64,000 nucleotides of DNA from NCBI RefSeq assembly GCF_964204645.1, contig NC_134035.1:9704451-9768450 (forward strand), read 5' to 3'. The position numbers were made by a program, and so were the translations under genes. Positions 49,901 to 63,823 of this stretch are shown one piece after another. Under the pieces are notes generated by a model. The model saw only the letters and a list, made by a program, of their open reading frames with translations, searched no databases and was not told where the DNA came from. Within the stretch, counting starts at the first letter, position 1. Each line of letters opens with the position of its first letter. Source of the DNA: Tubulanus polymorphus. Lineage: Eukaryota; Animalia; Nemertea.

Positions 49901-52516
49901 TGCAGAATTAGCGCTCGTAATCTGTTTATCATTTCTGAAATGAAACAAAAGAAAAATGATTTTCAAATTTGAGTGTGACGTAATTGTTGAAACACTTCAT
50001 AGGATTTTTACAGAAGATTTTTCCAAATATCTGAAGGATCTATTCTATTCGAAAGAATGAAAAACCATTTCATCGACCTATGGCATCAAATATCAGTTCC
50101 TACAATTAATTTTTGCTTTGAAACAATCAAAACTGTTTAAAACAATTCACAATTCAGCAAGTCCAGCGTGGCCACTTAGACTGCTTTTTTCCCAGACTAT
50201 TCCCTGACATGTACATTGATTTCCCTGATTTGATCTGCTAAGAATTCAATCAATTTAACACAGTCAAACACATAAGACATTGACGGAAACTGTTTGCTTT
50301 TACACACGATCTAGCCATCTCAACATATTTCCCTGACTTTTCTCTCATTTTTTTCAGCTTTTATAACTAAATTCGCTGATTTGTTTTAAAGAAAAGAAAA
50401 TTCGCTGATTTTTCTATGATTTCCAGATATAGTGGCCACCCTTAAGTAGCAAAGGTTTTTCCCGAGCAATAAGCCTAAAAAATCAGTTGATCTTAAAATT
50501 CAAAACTTGAATTCAGAATTTGAAATGGAATGCCGTACCTGTATATATCAATTCCTGAACTATTGTTGCCGTATGTAAATTTAAACGTGTAAGATTCAAT
50601 GACTGTCTGTAGTTAAACCAATAAGAAATAGGGAATTATTTAATTCATCGAAGAAAAGAAACCCTGAAATCACAGTGATACGGACACAAACCTCTGGAGC
50701 ATTCGGGTCCATGTATAACTGAAAACAAAATTACAGACACTTCAGATTAACTTTCATTTCAAATTTCAAACACGAATTGACGTTAAATCAACACAGTATT
50801 CAAGCTATGATTTCATTTATTTTATGAACAGAAATCTTCATTTTAAAACGTAAATTTTTCAACCTATGGTTTCAACCTATGTAGACATGGAATACTGTCG
50901 AATTCACTCACTAAATTTCGAAATGATTTAATTACTTACACCAATTATCAGCGTCTTCAGCTGGAAAATATTGTGATTAAATTGAATTAATTCTTTATAA
51001 TGACAGAAATTGCATCTTCTTGGCGGCGAGAGCAGGCAATGAAGTTTTGGGCATAAAAATTATTAATTATTTGGGATTTGAACCCAAGACAAGGCACACC
51101 CCAAGCAAGCACTCTACCCACTCAACCACCCACACCATTTTATGCTCTATAAGGTTAGGTTCACTCATATATTTGTTAGATTGTATGATTGCATGATTGC
51201 ATAAATTTTCTTACATATTTCTTTTCCAGGGCATCGAAACAACCTTTAACCCAGCGAATGACTTGACAAGCTCCAGGACAGAGGCTATCATCTCGCAGAA
51301 TTTTCAGAGTCAAATCTGAAAAACAATTGATTTTTTTTCATTGAATAAATAATATTTTCATATCACTTCAAACAGGGTGGCCGTTTTCTAGTTGACTTTG
51401 ACTCTAGTAGCTTTTTCCCTGAATGTTCCATGACATGTAAGTTGTTCTCTCTAACTTGATCAACTAGAATTCAATAAATTAACAGTCAAATAAGACATAG
51501 AAACTGTTTGATTAAGTGCACAATCTAGCAATCTCAACACACATTTCCCTGACTTTTTAGCTTTTTCTTTTACAAAATTTCCAGATAAATGAATTAAGAC
51601 AAGTGTGAAATCTGTAAAAAAAAATAAGATTTAAAGAATTTCAACGCAATAATAAATAAGTTAGGATTATATATACATGTCGTCAGTCCGTAGGCCTAAA
51701 TATGTAGATCATTTGAATTATTATGAATTCAAAATTATCAATTATCGAATTATTGATCTCTCAGAATTAACTCAAAATCAACAAATGTTTTTATTTTCCT
51801 GAAAAAATAAAGATAATTAAGTCTTTTAAGTTTTGTACCTTCAAGACACCTGTCACCGAAAGCGTGTTCGGGGAATATAGCTCTGAGATATGTGATATTA
51901 GACACAGCGACTGCTAGTAGTTTTTTCACAAATAAAGCAGATTGCTGTTCAGTGACTTGTTCTGTAGGAAAAACTGTCGACCACTGAAAAAGTGAGAAGT
52001 AAAATAACTAGTCTTTTCAAAGCTCATAGTTTTGATTTTCAGTTTGGAATTTATGAAGCCCGGTGATAGACCTTCCACAAAGCTAATGGGTTTTACTCTG
52101 TCTTTCAGTTGTGGATTCAATCTGTCTTCTCTTGGACCCAGCCAGACCTGACACCCTGGTATTTCTGTGGTAGTTTTTACCACAATGAATGAATGAATGA
52201 ATTTATTTTCTCAAATATATGAACATGAATTGAAACAAATGACCGTAATTTGACATCAATGATAGTAGTTTAATAACAACAGCAGGTTAAGATTTGACTC
52301 CCAATTAATAAGGTAATTATTGTCTTGATTATTGGATTGCTCAAAGTAACTTTTAAATCTGCAACTGGGTCCAGTCCAATCCATTTCTGAGGATCTTCTA
52401 TTATAATCTATTCGACCCAGGCCAGGAACATCATAAATCCACAACAAAATGAGATTGATCTAAGTTGCTAGGATACATACCCCAGTTTGAGGTCTTGTCA
52501 TTTGAGCTGTTGCCAT
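43928..52516 (-). CDS. HORMAD1: Meiotic HORMA-domain protein (HORMAD1/2, Hop1 family) with central PHD + probable winged helix and a C-terminal closure-motif-like tail
   Basis: MATAQ (52516); [42 protein letters not shown]; [29 protein letters not shown]; [11 protein letters not shown]; [35 protein letters not shown]; GDVATPFH; [29 protein letters not shown]...HYCDLC; LWRRAL..LAKRLGV...[13 protein letters not shown]; ends [15 protein letters not shown]. Probably co-orthologous to vertebrate HORMAD1 and HORMAD2. Confidence 0.93.
44475..44742. mobile_element. 268-bp MITE (CAGGGAT TIRs) nested in another repeat
   Basis: CAAGCA|CAGGGATAAAAA...TTTTCATCCCTG|CAAGCA; uninterrupted host sequence GTTTCAAGCACCTTTAAAAGCATTTT seen at ~26268. 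Confidence 0.75.
47802..47887 (+). pseudogene. Degenerate 18S rRNA fragment in a HORMAD intron
   Basis: AAACTTAAAGGAATTGACGGAtGGGCACCACCAGGAGTGGAGCCTGtGGCTTAATTTGAaTCAACAaGGGAAACTCA..GGCCCG matches the highly conserved eukaryotic SSU segment with several substitutions; flanks are not rRNA. Confidence 0.92.
51072..51130 (-). mobile_element. tRNA-derived SINE head remnant
   Basis: Minus strand: GTGGTTGAGTGGGTAGAGTG (A-box-like) ... GGGTTCAAATCCCA (B box). Confidence 0.45.
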
Positions 52517-53302
52517 TTCTTTATCTGAAAAACTTTATCAAGTAGTAGTAGAAAAATTATTTTCAGTTGAACCACCACCTATATTGGAAGCTTGGTGAAT
52601 TTGAAGAAAAAAAGCTAAGAAAGACCCAAGGCAAGGGCCAAGTCTCTGACGTTGAGGCGAGGACGCCGACGTAAAACATTTCAAAGAAATAAATCAATCT
52701 GATAAAAGTCATCAGCAAACTTGCAGTTGCAAGGCGTCTGTGGTGAAAAATGTCAATCTTTTTCATAGAAAAATAACTCAATACGAGGAGAAACCCGCCA
52801 AAATAAAGAAACGAGTTTAATTTCGTTAGGAATACGGGTAAAATAGCGGATGATTATCGATTTAGATGAGAACTGATTCTTATCAGGCAGGCGCGGTTGA
52901 CTTTTCACAAAATTTTTTAACTTTTTAAAGTAAGTTCAGACACTTAATTGATACTTTTTATAACCTATCGATACTTACTCGGTTTTATTGTTAATCTTTC
53001 GGCCAGGAATTCGGAAACTTTCGCCTCGATCTATCGTGAAACGTACTAGAAAAATGTTTCAAACGCGAACGCATTGAAGCTGAACATACATCGGCTGCAA
53101 AAGTGGGGTATTGATAAAATAAGAAATCCCAGAAAAACGTTCCGGACCCGACTCACCAACAAATGAACTCATAATGTGTCTTATTTTTAATTTTGAAATA
53201 AGTAAATGTTTTTTAACCTGAATGAAAGGGTCGGAAAATTGTAAAGAAATAATTCGAAACTTAAAGCTTGTTATAAAAATTATTTCTCTAGGTCTCTTAT
53301 TT

Positions 53303-53373
53303 TGTAAACACCCAAAACCCGGAAGTTGCGTACTGTAACATGCGCATTGGTTGCTAGCGACAACAGTAAACAA
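53303..53373 (+). promoter_or_regulatory. Motif cluster in the HORMAD/ROPN1L divergent promoter: forkhead, ETS, NRF1-like, RFX X-box-like
   Basis: TGTAAACA 53303-53310, CCGGAAGT 53319-53326, CATGCGCA 53339-53346, GTTGCTAGCGAC 53350-53361, GTAAACAA 53366-53373. Confidence 0.55.
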
Positions 53374-53784
53374 CAGGGACTCGTTATTGCTGCATCTGAC
53401 GTTATTTCAACTCACAACTGTTTTTGGTCCGGTGCTAAACGTATCAAGTACGTATAGATGATTGATATTGATCGTTTGCAGTTGAGTTTTTTCAGTTTTA
53501 TCGGAGAAATTGGGGTCTATAAATGATTTAAAATGTATTCAATTGAATACAAATTAATTTATTGACAGTTTGCCTTGGTGGTTAGATAAACGTAGTATTT
53601 GTTGATATCCAGAAAATTATTGCGATTGGAATGTAATCAGTCCAAAAACCCTATTTCTTAAGCCTATATTCACCTTGCGGAATTGTCTTGGTCTCTTCTT
53701 GATTTTTCTCAACAAGGAAGAAGTCAGTAAAAGTGTTTATGACCTAATGGATGTTTTATTGATTTTTTTTGCAGCTGTAGAAGT

Positions 53785-56445
53785 ATGCCTGCTCCTGATG
53801 AACCGTATTACTGTTCACAACAGATCAACATCCCTCCGGAATTACCGGATATTCTAAAACAATTCACAAAAGCCGCGATTCGAACGCAGCCTAGAGATGT
53901 CCTCGGTTGGTCAGCCGCGTAAGTCGACTAACAAATCTTTCAAATAATCTCTAAAGAAATCTGACTTAGTTCAGGTGAATAATCTCTGAGTCTAGATAGA
54001 TCTGACCCAGGTGCACTGACTGTCATGACTTGAGTTAAAAGTGGTCTTCAAATCTTAAGATTGGTCCTAAGTTCAAAATTACCGGTAGCTATAGAATTAA
54101 GGCCAACTTGAAAATGTCTTATATCTAAGCCATAACTACGACTGGCCCCTGGGCCCGGTTTTATAGACTGGTATTAACTTTAATCTAGGGTTTAACTCTG
54201 AAAATGAATTGAGTTAGCCCCTGGGTTAAAGTTAGTACCAGTCTATAAAACTGGGCCCTGAACTTTAAGTAAAACTTTTTCAGTGTCTTACCATATTCGT
54301 TACTATTGAATTAATGCTGTTTTCTGTTCCTTCCATGCTCGACTAATTAATTTTGTTTTTTTTTCAAAGATATTTCAAAGCTATGTCGAGAGGTGAGGTT
54401 CCGCCTGTGAAAGAAAGATTAGAAATGCCAGTAGCGACTCAGAAGACGGACACCGGACTAACTCCCGGATTATTACGGGCCTTAAATAAACAGGTTTGTA
54501 TGAAAATAAGCAAGGTCAGATCTACTAGTAGAGGGTGATTCAGGGAGGGGTGCACCCACCGATTAGTTGAATATTATATATAATTAAAAGGGCTTCCCAA
54601 AGAAAGCTCATCAGAAAACTCATGTTCGAAAATACAGAGAACAAGCTTTTTTTTTCGGTGTCGGTTTAATATTTTTCATTTTCCCATAAGATTTCAGGGC
54701 AACTTGACATTTTTAGGAGGGAATGCACGCCTTGCACCCTCTCCTCAGATCCACCCCTGATAAGACACTTTCAGCCTTAGTTAACGCGTCATATCAAACC
54801 AAATATTTATGAATTGCTTTATTTTCTCTGTGTTTTAGCTCGGACCAAAGAAAGTCACAAATATTTCGTTAATCGAGGAAAAATGGAAGGAGTTAGCACT
54901 ACCGAAAGAGAAATTTGATGACTTAGTCCGACTGGGGTCATTTGCCGGTGATGTCGAATGGCTAAAATTCTTCGCCCTCGCGAGTTCTACATTAGGAGAG
55001 GTGAGCGTTTGTATGCCGTCCACTCAGATAAGTTGTCATCGGATAAGTCATCACATTACTTAAGGCGTCACTATTTTTAATTCCCAATTTGTTTCAATTT
55101 TTAATTTAATTTACTAAGTGTAAATTGTCATTTCGATAGTGGTCGACGTAATGATGGTCTCAGCTATGACTACTTAAAGCGAGTTTGACTGTATTAGGCT
55201 TTGAAAAATTGATACAAAAGTGACCCTGCTAATTAGGAGAAACAAAGTATCATTCTTTTGCCTTATTTCTACAATTTTTCCATATTTTCCACATTTTAGA
55301 ATCTCTGCGACGCTATGAAACTGATTTGTGAAATATTGACGGCCGATCCTGAAGGTGGTGCTGCACGAATACCGTTCACGTTGTGGAAAGATCTTTACAA
55401 ATTCCTCGCGTCGGTCGATGGTGAAATTTCACAAGAATCGATCGATGAAGTCTGCGCACATTTACAATATGATGTGTGAGTATTAAACAAACCATAAACG
55501 GGCTTGGATCTTGAGACTAGATTCGTTAGATTCGCTATAGAACCAACATAGAGCTTAGACTGGTCTTAAGTTGTTAGATTGGTTATGGAACCAAGATGGA
55601 GCTTAGACTGGTCTTAAGTTGTTAGATTGGTTATGGAACCAAGATGAAGCTTAGACTGGTCTTAAGTTGTTAGATTGGTTATGGAACCAAGATAGAGCTT
55701 AGACTGGTCTTTAGTTGTTAGATTGGTTATGGAACCAAGATGGAGCTTAGACTGGTCTTAAGTTGTTAGATTGGTTATGGAACCAAGATGAAGCTTAGAC
55801 TGGTCTCAAGTTGTTAGATTGGCTATAGAACCAAAATGAGCTCAGATTGGTCTGAAGTTGTTTCTTTGGCCACAGAATCTTAAGAATAGTTTTGACTGGT
55901 AGACTGATATTAATCTCAGTATTCAGAGTTAATGAGCGAAACCCACAGTTCATCATTTGACAATATATTTTCTGACCAATTTCGAAGTTTTGGCTAAATT
56001 TTATCGGAGAAACTAAAATGGGTTTTTGCTGACGAAGATTAGTCATAAGTTGTTAGATTGATTATAGAACCAAAATGAGCTTAGACTGGACTTACGTTGT
56101 TAGATAACCAACCAAAATGAGCTTAGACTGGTCATAAGCAGTTAGATTGGTTACAATACCAAAATGAGCTTAGAGTTGTTAGATTGGATATAGAATCAAA
56201 ATGAGCTTAGACTGATTACACTTAGTGACTGTAGAACTAACATGGGGCTTAGACTGGTATTAAGTTGTAACATTGGCTCTAAGATATACTGGTCCAAGAT
56301 CTACGTTACTGGCTCTATATGCTAACTGATCCACATGTTATCAATTTCAATCGTCGCTTGTTTTACTCTTTCCAGTGATAAACAAGAAGGTTTCGTCCAA
56401 CCGAGAAATTTCCTCAACCCCGACTGCCCAAAACTATCGAAATGA
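53785..56445 (+). CDS. ROPN1L: Ropporin-1-like protein (RIIa docking domain; radial-spoke RSP11 family), 5 coding exons
   Basis: Exons 53785-53918, 54370-54493, 54839-55000, 55300-55475, 56376-56445: [103 protein letters not shown]. Confidence 0.95.
54151..54258. mobile_element. Palindromic MITE (GGGCCCGGTTTTATAGAC TIR); partial copy 35345-35428
   Basis: GGGCCCGGTTTTATAGACTGGTATTAACTTTAA ... TTAAAGTTAGTACCAGTCTATAAAACTGGGCCC. Confidence 0.8.
55500..56285. repeat. 48-bp minisatellite in the last ROPN1L intron (two blocks)
   Basis: GAGCTTAGACTGGTCTTAAGTTGTTAGATTGGTTATGGAACCAAGAT repeated ~7 times at 55540-55860, with degenerate copies at 56030-56285. Confidence 0.9.
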
Positions 56446-58609
56446 ACGATCGAATGAATGACTGATTATAATGTTGATAATACCTTGTGTAAATATATAC
56501 TAATAGTGAACGGAAATGTACTGTTTATTCTTTGGTTACATTTTGATACGAGAGACTGTGAATTTCCCACCTATTTATTTATTGACCCGTCCGTGTAATT
56601 AATGGATGAATAAAACAAAGACAATTTTGTGAATTATTTTCTCTAGTTCGGTCATTGTTTTATGCTTCTGAGCTCTTCAATCTCTGAAATATCTCTCTTC
56701 GCTACTTGGGATCTTGAGGTGTGGAGCTCTCCCAGCTTTGCCAGTATTACCTGCTGTTGAGGTGGTGGAGTAAGGAATCGAGGGGATATCAACAAATCGA
56801 AGATTTGCTGCGGCCTTAAGGAAATTATTGAGGTTCTACAGGGCCAGATCCAGAAGCTGACTTAACAAAGGGAGAGGAAATCAAGATGGCGGGATCTGGA
56901 CAATTTTGATATTTCAGTACACGATATAATGCAATTTCCAGGACTTGACTGACATAAAACAGTTTTCAAAATGGATGGGGAAAATTGCCACTGGAGCACA
57001 TGTTGAGCATGGGTCAGCCCCTGTTAATCCTTACAAACTCTGATTCAATATGCTGCCACTGTATCTACATCAAGGCTGGAGAAAGAGAAAGAAGATCCTT
57101 CAAAATCACCGGCCAGCTCCACGAATCAAATCATCGCAGATGACAATGTAACCTTGACCCAGTCCCAAACTTGCGAGTCAGATTGAACTCACGAGTTGAA
57201 ATCAATTCATTTATTAGAATATTCAACTCAATTTGAATTTCATCTCCGATCTTCGCAATTGAAATGAATCCTGATCAAAGCATTGTGAAACTGGCCGGAC
57301 CCGTAATGAAAACAATCACAAACGCGGACCACTGTAATTTTACTTTGAAAAAAAACATTTCCCAATTCACCAACTGGTTAAATCAGGTATTTATTCATCT
57401 GGGTATTACACAGAGCCAATTAATTATGAAAACGATTACACTTGGTTTCTAGTGCTAACAAAACAGGATTTACATAATAATAATAATTCAACACATATCT
57501 CTCGCTCTCTCTCACTCTCTCTCTTGCAGCATCGTTTTAATCCCCGCTATAATTCTGTATTTTTACCACCGAAAACAATTCGAACAGAGCAATTGGTGCA
57601 TGCATGTGTAAAACTTGCTTGAACGATCATCAGTTTAGGTACGGGTACGTATTAGTTTATGTTAATAACTTTTCATAATATTCAAACCATAGACAGACAC
57701 GGAGTTAAATTTCAAACGGATTTTTAAAAGTCGGGTCATTCGCTTCGAGGTTTTCGAACCAGGGTTTAACACTACTAATCGTTGTTATTGTCGACTGCGG
57801 TTTTTACTCGATTAGGCAGTACTTGTCAGAATGTTATTACTATTACTCGGTGACCAGAGAAGTCATTACAGCCGACACATTTCCATCATAATCAATACAT
57901 AATACGAATTGCCTGATTACAGTAACAGCAAAAAGGGAGCCTGAGCTAGACACATAACTGACAGATATTTCGGTAAAAAGTCGCGATGTTATGAAACACA
58001 GGCTGCGCGAGTTGTACGAATATTTTATTCCCGTTTTCATTTTCGAATAAGATTTCAATAATGAGCTGCCGAATAAACAGTGCGTGAAAAAAAAAACGCG
58101 TTCGTAAGCTTGAGCAGTTTCCGACTAAAAGTTATCGTACGTACGTCCCTGTCGGTTCTTCACAGATGAAATACCGGTACTCGGAAAACTGTGGTCAAAA
58201 CTGGGATATAGCAGTGGATAGTTCAGTATCAACGCTCTCTTCTGACATAAGCCCCTGAAAACAGGGATTGGGAGGGAGGGGGTTTAATGAAAAATACTCT
58301 GCACTTTCCGCTCTCGTCAGCGCGACAAGACGATTCGCCATCGATTTCTCGCTAACAGAACTTTTAGACGTACTCGAATAAATGGCTGAATATATCTATT
58401 ATTATTATCATCATCATCATTATCATTATATCAATAATATTATTTCATAAGATATACTATCATCATCATCATCAATAATCATAATCGTTTATTTAAGACA
58501 GCGCGAGTAGTAGAATACGTGTTAACGAGTTCCTCGACTTCTAACGAGTCACTTCTGAAATTTTATTAATATAATAAAAAGTTAGAGCTATGTATGTACG
58601 TACGTGTAT

Positions 58610-58612
58610 ATA

Positions 58613-58666
<54 letters not shown>

Positions 58667-58690
58667 TATATATATATACACACACACGTA
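58610..58690. repeat. (TA)n/(CA)n microsatellite
   Basis: Direct observation. Confidence 0.9.
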
Positions 58691-59091
58691 TTTGTATTGA
58701 TTTATCTATTTATTTCAAGAGATTTTTAAGTAACTGGAAAATGCACATGTATATAATAACATATACATGGTATATCACTAGTATCAATATAGTTTTTATG
58801 GAACAATTCTAGGCTACTGTCCATTGCGTTATTATCATCATCATTGTCACCATCATTATCATCATCATCATCATTATTCGCGGCGTTTTCGAAAAAAAAA
58901 ACGAAATTATTACGGCTTTAATTTTACACACGATCATCAGAAAAATGCGTTTTAATTCGCTGCCTAAAAGAACGTAACGTTAGATCTAAACGCGTGCCAA
59001 CTCGCCATTCCTACCGCTATGGAATTTTCCTGGCTTATTCTCCGCTATTCGAGTAGAAATATTCGACCTAATACGAATCTTATGCCCTTTA

Positions 59092-59413
59092 AAAGCCAAG
59101 CTCGGGTTGACTAAGATCCGATCAGATCGTAAGCGGTCAAGTTTGCAATTTTTCATACGGGAACCTTGTCGACATGTAATGAGTTTACGTACGATTGATC
59201 GCAGACCAACCGTAAGCTGAATTGCAAGGATAGAAAAGTTCTATTTCCTACGACCAGGTCAAAGCCAATCAGTGTCGAGCGTTGCATCACATGACTTAGG
59301 CTCCGCGATGGATTGGTCGTAGTCAACTTGAAAGCGCTCTAAAGATCGCGAGACAAACGAATCGGTAATCGGCGGTCACTAGTCGGGTCAAAAATCGACC
59401 TGAGCTTGGCTTT
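59092..59413. mobile_element. ~320-bp MITE with AAAGCCAAGCTCRGGTYGA TIRs (Harbinger-like ends)
   Basis: AAAGCCAAGCTCGGGTTGACTAAGATCCGA ... TCGGGTCAAAAATCGACCTGAGCTTGGCTTT; superfamily assignment is tentative. Confidence 0.65.
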
Positions 59414-59895
59414 GGTTGGATGAGTTTTACATATTTCGTGAGGTGGGCATCTATCGTTCATAGTTAACACGTGAATTCGGTCATCTTAACGAAATTTTGA
59501 TATCGTGCCATCCGTACGCGTCGTGACCGATGGCGCGGAAAGCTCAGGATTCGTAAAAAGTATACATTTTTTTCAATGTTCTCTTTCGCACAGCAGACGG
59601 AGCGGCGAGTTTGAAATAACGCAATTATACGATTATAAGGTCGTCTAAATCCGACGATAGGCTCTCTACGCGACCGTTAAGAATTTACGACGCACGAATG
59701 TAACTAATTATTATGTCTTTTTCGAAAAGAGAATCGAGAGAAAAATACGCATGCACAAAATGACATCCGAATGAATGACGTCGACGACGTTTTAAAACCA
59801 CCCGTCGATTAGAATCCTCGACGACTAGTAACGCCACCTATTCGATGGATGACACAACGAGAATTAGCACACGTGACATTATTATCAATTTTTAC

Positions 59896-59935
<40 letters not shown>

Positions 59936-59971
59936 ATAGTAGTAGTAGTAGTAGTAATAGTAGTAGTAGTA
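59896..59971. repeat. (AGT)n microsatellite; other (AAT)/(CAT)/(TA) tracts at ~60320-60413, 60576-60652, 61534-61579, 63006-63053, 63791-63823
   Basis: Direct observation. Confidence 0.9.
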
Positions 59972-62900
59972 CAGCAACCATCTATGATTTCAAAAGTTTC
60001 GTAAAAAGGTTTTTCGTAATTTGTTTAGTCAATGCACGCACACGCACACTCGCACACACTGCAGAAGATGTGAAACGGCCAGACGTCGTAACGTCGAACC
60101 GTAGATACGCGAGCGACCATCCTACCAAATTACCCTCGGTCACTTCACGACAACTTCATATCGTCGATCGAACGCGATTAAACGGTTTTGAAAAACTAGA
60201 AACGGCGTTCGCCATCTACAGTTCGACGTACGACGCGAGCGTCGAATGAAGTTGTTTTTTTAAAAAGACTATCTCTACTAAGCGTTTTAACATCGGTAGT
60301 TGAAGAAGTAGGTATTAGGTAGTTGTAGTAGTAGTAGTCAATAACAATAGTAATAATAATAATAATAATAACTATTATTATCATAGTAATAATAATAATA
60401 ATCATAATAATAATATCTCTTAAACATTTACAATCGTTTTATACATGGACTGATAAAGATGTAATAAAAATTCACTGTACACTATTTCGAAGTGGTTAAT
60501 TATGTTATTATTCTATACACAGGTGTTACATGTTTAATCGTAACTACAATCATATTACATAATATTTCAGTACACATCATCATCAGTATCATCATCATCA
60601 TCGTTTTATTACAGTTCATCATCATCATCAGTATCATCGTCATCATCATCATTTTTCGAGCATTTTAAAAAACCTATGTGCATTGAACAAAGTTTGCATA
60701 TAGTTAAAATCTTGGTATACGTTTCCCCTGATAAAACACTGAATACATTTACACAAATGACATGACGGTGTACAGATCACCAGAGCCACGCCGCCGTTCC
60801 GGGTCGGACCCGCAATCGAGAGAGTGCTAATGGCAATGATGGCCTGCCACCAAACATTTATCATCATACATATATGATATTATTACAAGCGATATTTTCG
60901 TCTGGCAGCTGGAAATTCACACGTATTAATCGTAGCGTGACTTTGTCTAGACACTAAATAACAGTCAATGAAGCACCATTTTGCTAAAAGAGGGAAAATT
61001 AAGATAATCGAAATCAGCTTACGCGTTTAGAAATAGGATCGTCAAAATATGAAAAGCGTCTCGAGAGGAAGATAAAGAGAACGCCGAAATTATGTTGGTT
61101 AGCTCGTGACAAATTTGAACTACATTTTTTGTGAACGCAATTCTCTTTCTACCGACGAGTATAAAGTATCACACCATCTGAAGGATCCAGCAAATTCGCG
61201 AGGTGGAAATCGAACTCCCAACTCGTGAAGTTTCGAATCGCGAATAACGATGTGAAAAAGATGGCGGCGATTACAGTGGCGTTGGACGTGCAGCGACTGC
61301 AGCGGCGGCAATAATTTACTGAATGACGTTTTTTTTCTTTGAATACCACATTTTTGAAGAAATTAAGTTAATTCAGCGCGGCAATATTTAGAACCTGTTC
61401 AAAATCGGCATTTGGCCGCGGCAATCAAAAATTGCTTCCAACGCCCCTGGATTACAGACAGACATAATGACAGGCATTTTCTGCGCGTCGAAAAAAATAT
61501 CGACGAAAACTCGCGCGTAAAAACTCCGCGGGCAATAATGACAATAATAATAATGATAATAACAATAATAATAATAATACTCGTATTCAGATATACAAAA
61601 TTAAAAATATTAACTACAGACGTATTGATGATTTTACGTACAAACTTATCACGCAAGACACAAGCACACACGCACGCGTACAGATATAAACATTAACATA
61701 AAATGGTTCTTTGTTCTTCGCTGACTAGATGCCAATAACATACATCGATAAAATATGACTACTGAACCGAAAACAACTAAGTGGAACGGAAAAAATGAAA
61801 TTTCTGGCTTTTAAATTTTTCCTGCGGACTGGCTTTAATTCTACTTGCGCGGAGTAAGTTACGGTTCACACCTATCACGCTTGTCTGAAATATGCGAACT
61901 AACTTTTTCCCGCGAATTCAGGCCAAAAAATACCATTGATAATGGAATCGTTGTTTTCGATACATGATTTTGATGTGGTAGTATTGTTAGAACAGCTTCC
62001 ATATTGATCTAACAGCACAGATGGCTTATCAAATAGGCCCGATACATGGAAGAGATTTTACCTGAAAACTTTATAATTGGATCTCGTTCGAACATAGGAT
62101 AGAATACACTATCATCTAAAGTTAAAAACTCAGTGTTCTCCACAACAGGTTTTAGAGGGGCGGCCTCCCCTTTCGTTTTTACATCGACCCCCCCACTTAT
62201 GAAATATCTGCTGCCCCTACCAGAGCGGATATCAATATTCTGATAATTGCTTTGAAATATATTCAGCTAACGTGAAAAGTAAAACATTACATCAAAATTA
62301 AGCTTAAATTTTCTGCAGTTTTCAGAGGGGATCGAAAGCCTTGCTTCATCAGCAGCCACGATGGCCTAATGCAGCCCCTGTAAAATTCCAGCATATGGAG
62401 AACACCGTAACTTCATTCGGAAATTTCGCGATATCGGTTCGCAGGGCGAAAGGGCGAATCTCAGGCGATTATTGTCGCCGATTGCGCGACGCACGCTGCC
62501 GCGACCGACCATTTCAGATCATTCGTTTAATTTTCTACGAGTCAATATACGTGCATAAATGATACAGATTCAACTATCAACAAAAACATGTGTGTAAACA
62601 TATAAAACTATCGGTAAAATCATATTTATACATATACTATAATATATGTAACATCGTCTATACCATGTCATGTTGTATGTTAGATAATAGTAAAAATAAA
62701 ATGGGTTTTTTGTTTGACACAATTTTGACTCTGATTAGTAGTGACTGACCGTCCGGGTCTCGTTAAAACAACGACGACGAAGCCGACAACAAGAGGAGAT
62801 ACAGATCATCAATAACAGTATAAACGAAGACGAATGCGAATAGACTAGACTAGACTAAAACATTGACTGGCGAGAAAATAAGCCGTATCGCGGAGCTGCT

Positions 62901-63005
62901 ATGGCCGCAGCCGCCGCTGCTGCTGCTGCTGGTGGTGTTCACGTTTTTCGTAATATCACAGAGAAAAAACATAAAAGTTCCCGAAAAACTTGGACAAAAC
63001 AACCA

Positions 63006-63054
<49 letters not shown>

Positions 63055-63790
63055 TCCGTATACATAATAACGTCATATGCAGAGATTCTGAACAGAAAGA
63101 AAAAAAAGGCGATCATTTTTTCGCGACGATTTTTTCACAGACTCTGAAATTCATCGTACGAATAACTTAACAATATGAAGCGACAGTTTCAAATTTCGTA
63201 ACAAATAAAACGAAAAATTATTTTTTTTGAACAAAATTTTGGAAAATTTTTTCAACATCTTTAACACGCTCGTGAAAAAACGGCTTACATTTTTTTAACG
63301 AATTGAAATCGTTTTTCCAGATCTCTCGGGTTTAATATTCGCACCCATCGATTTCAATAAATTTTCTATAAATTCAGACCCACTAACAGGATAAGATATT
63401 GAGATTCAAAAAAGAAATTTGAAAATGAGTCGAAAATCTCAGACTCGGAAAGCGTACGCATCTAAAATCCGACGGCAACATATCCTACGTATGCTAGCGG
63501 TACGTATAATTCTAACTATCGTGCGTTTAAAATCATAAGCTTTTCAAATACGAGAACGTAAAACATTTATGGGAGATTGTAAAAAACATCTGGGGTGAGA
63601 ATACTAATCAATTTTTTGTCTGCGGTTATTATTTATTGCCCGCCGTATGTTATTATTATGCGATATATTGAGATACTTTTTTTTTTTAAAGTCGAGTCAA
63701 TAAAATGTTAGTCGAATTTATGCCAGGCGAATGAAATCAGAAATCAGGGTTTGAAATAGAAAACGAGAAAGAGACGGCATCAGCCATAAA

Positions 63791-63823
<33 letters not shown>

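Noticed and set aside
51072-51130. tRNA gene
   Set aside because: A/B-box remnants only; no acceptor or anticodon stems (same for 14838-14886, ~33620, ~38283, ~49580).
55500-56285. 48-bp repeat array as CRISPR or coding repeat
   Set aside because: Head-to-tail minisatellite without spacers, inside an intron, and related to local MITE sequence (AGACTGGTCTTAAG).
59845-60249. 134-aa poly-Ser ORF, and other YIYI/poly-Ile ORFs (28180-28578, 58594-58812, 60196-60405, 62850-63170)
   Set aside because: Artefacts of microsatellites that lack stop codons.
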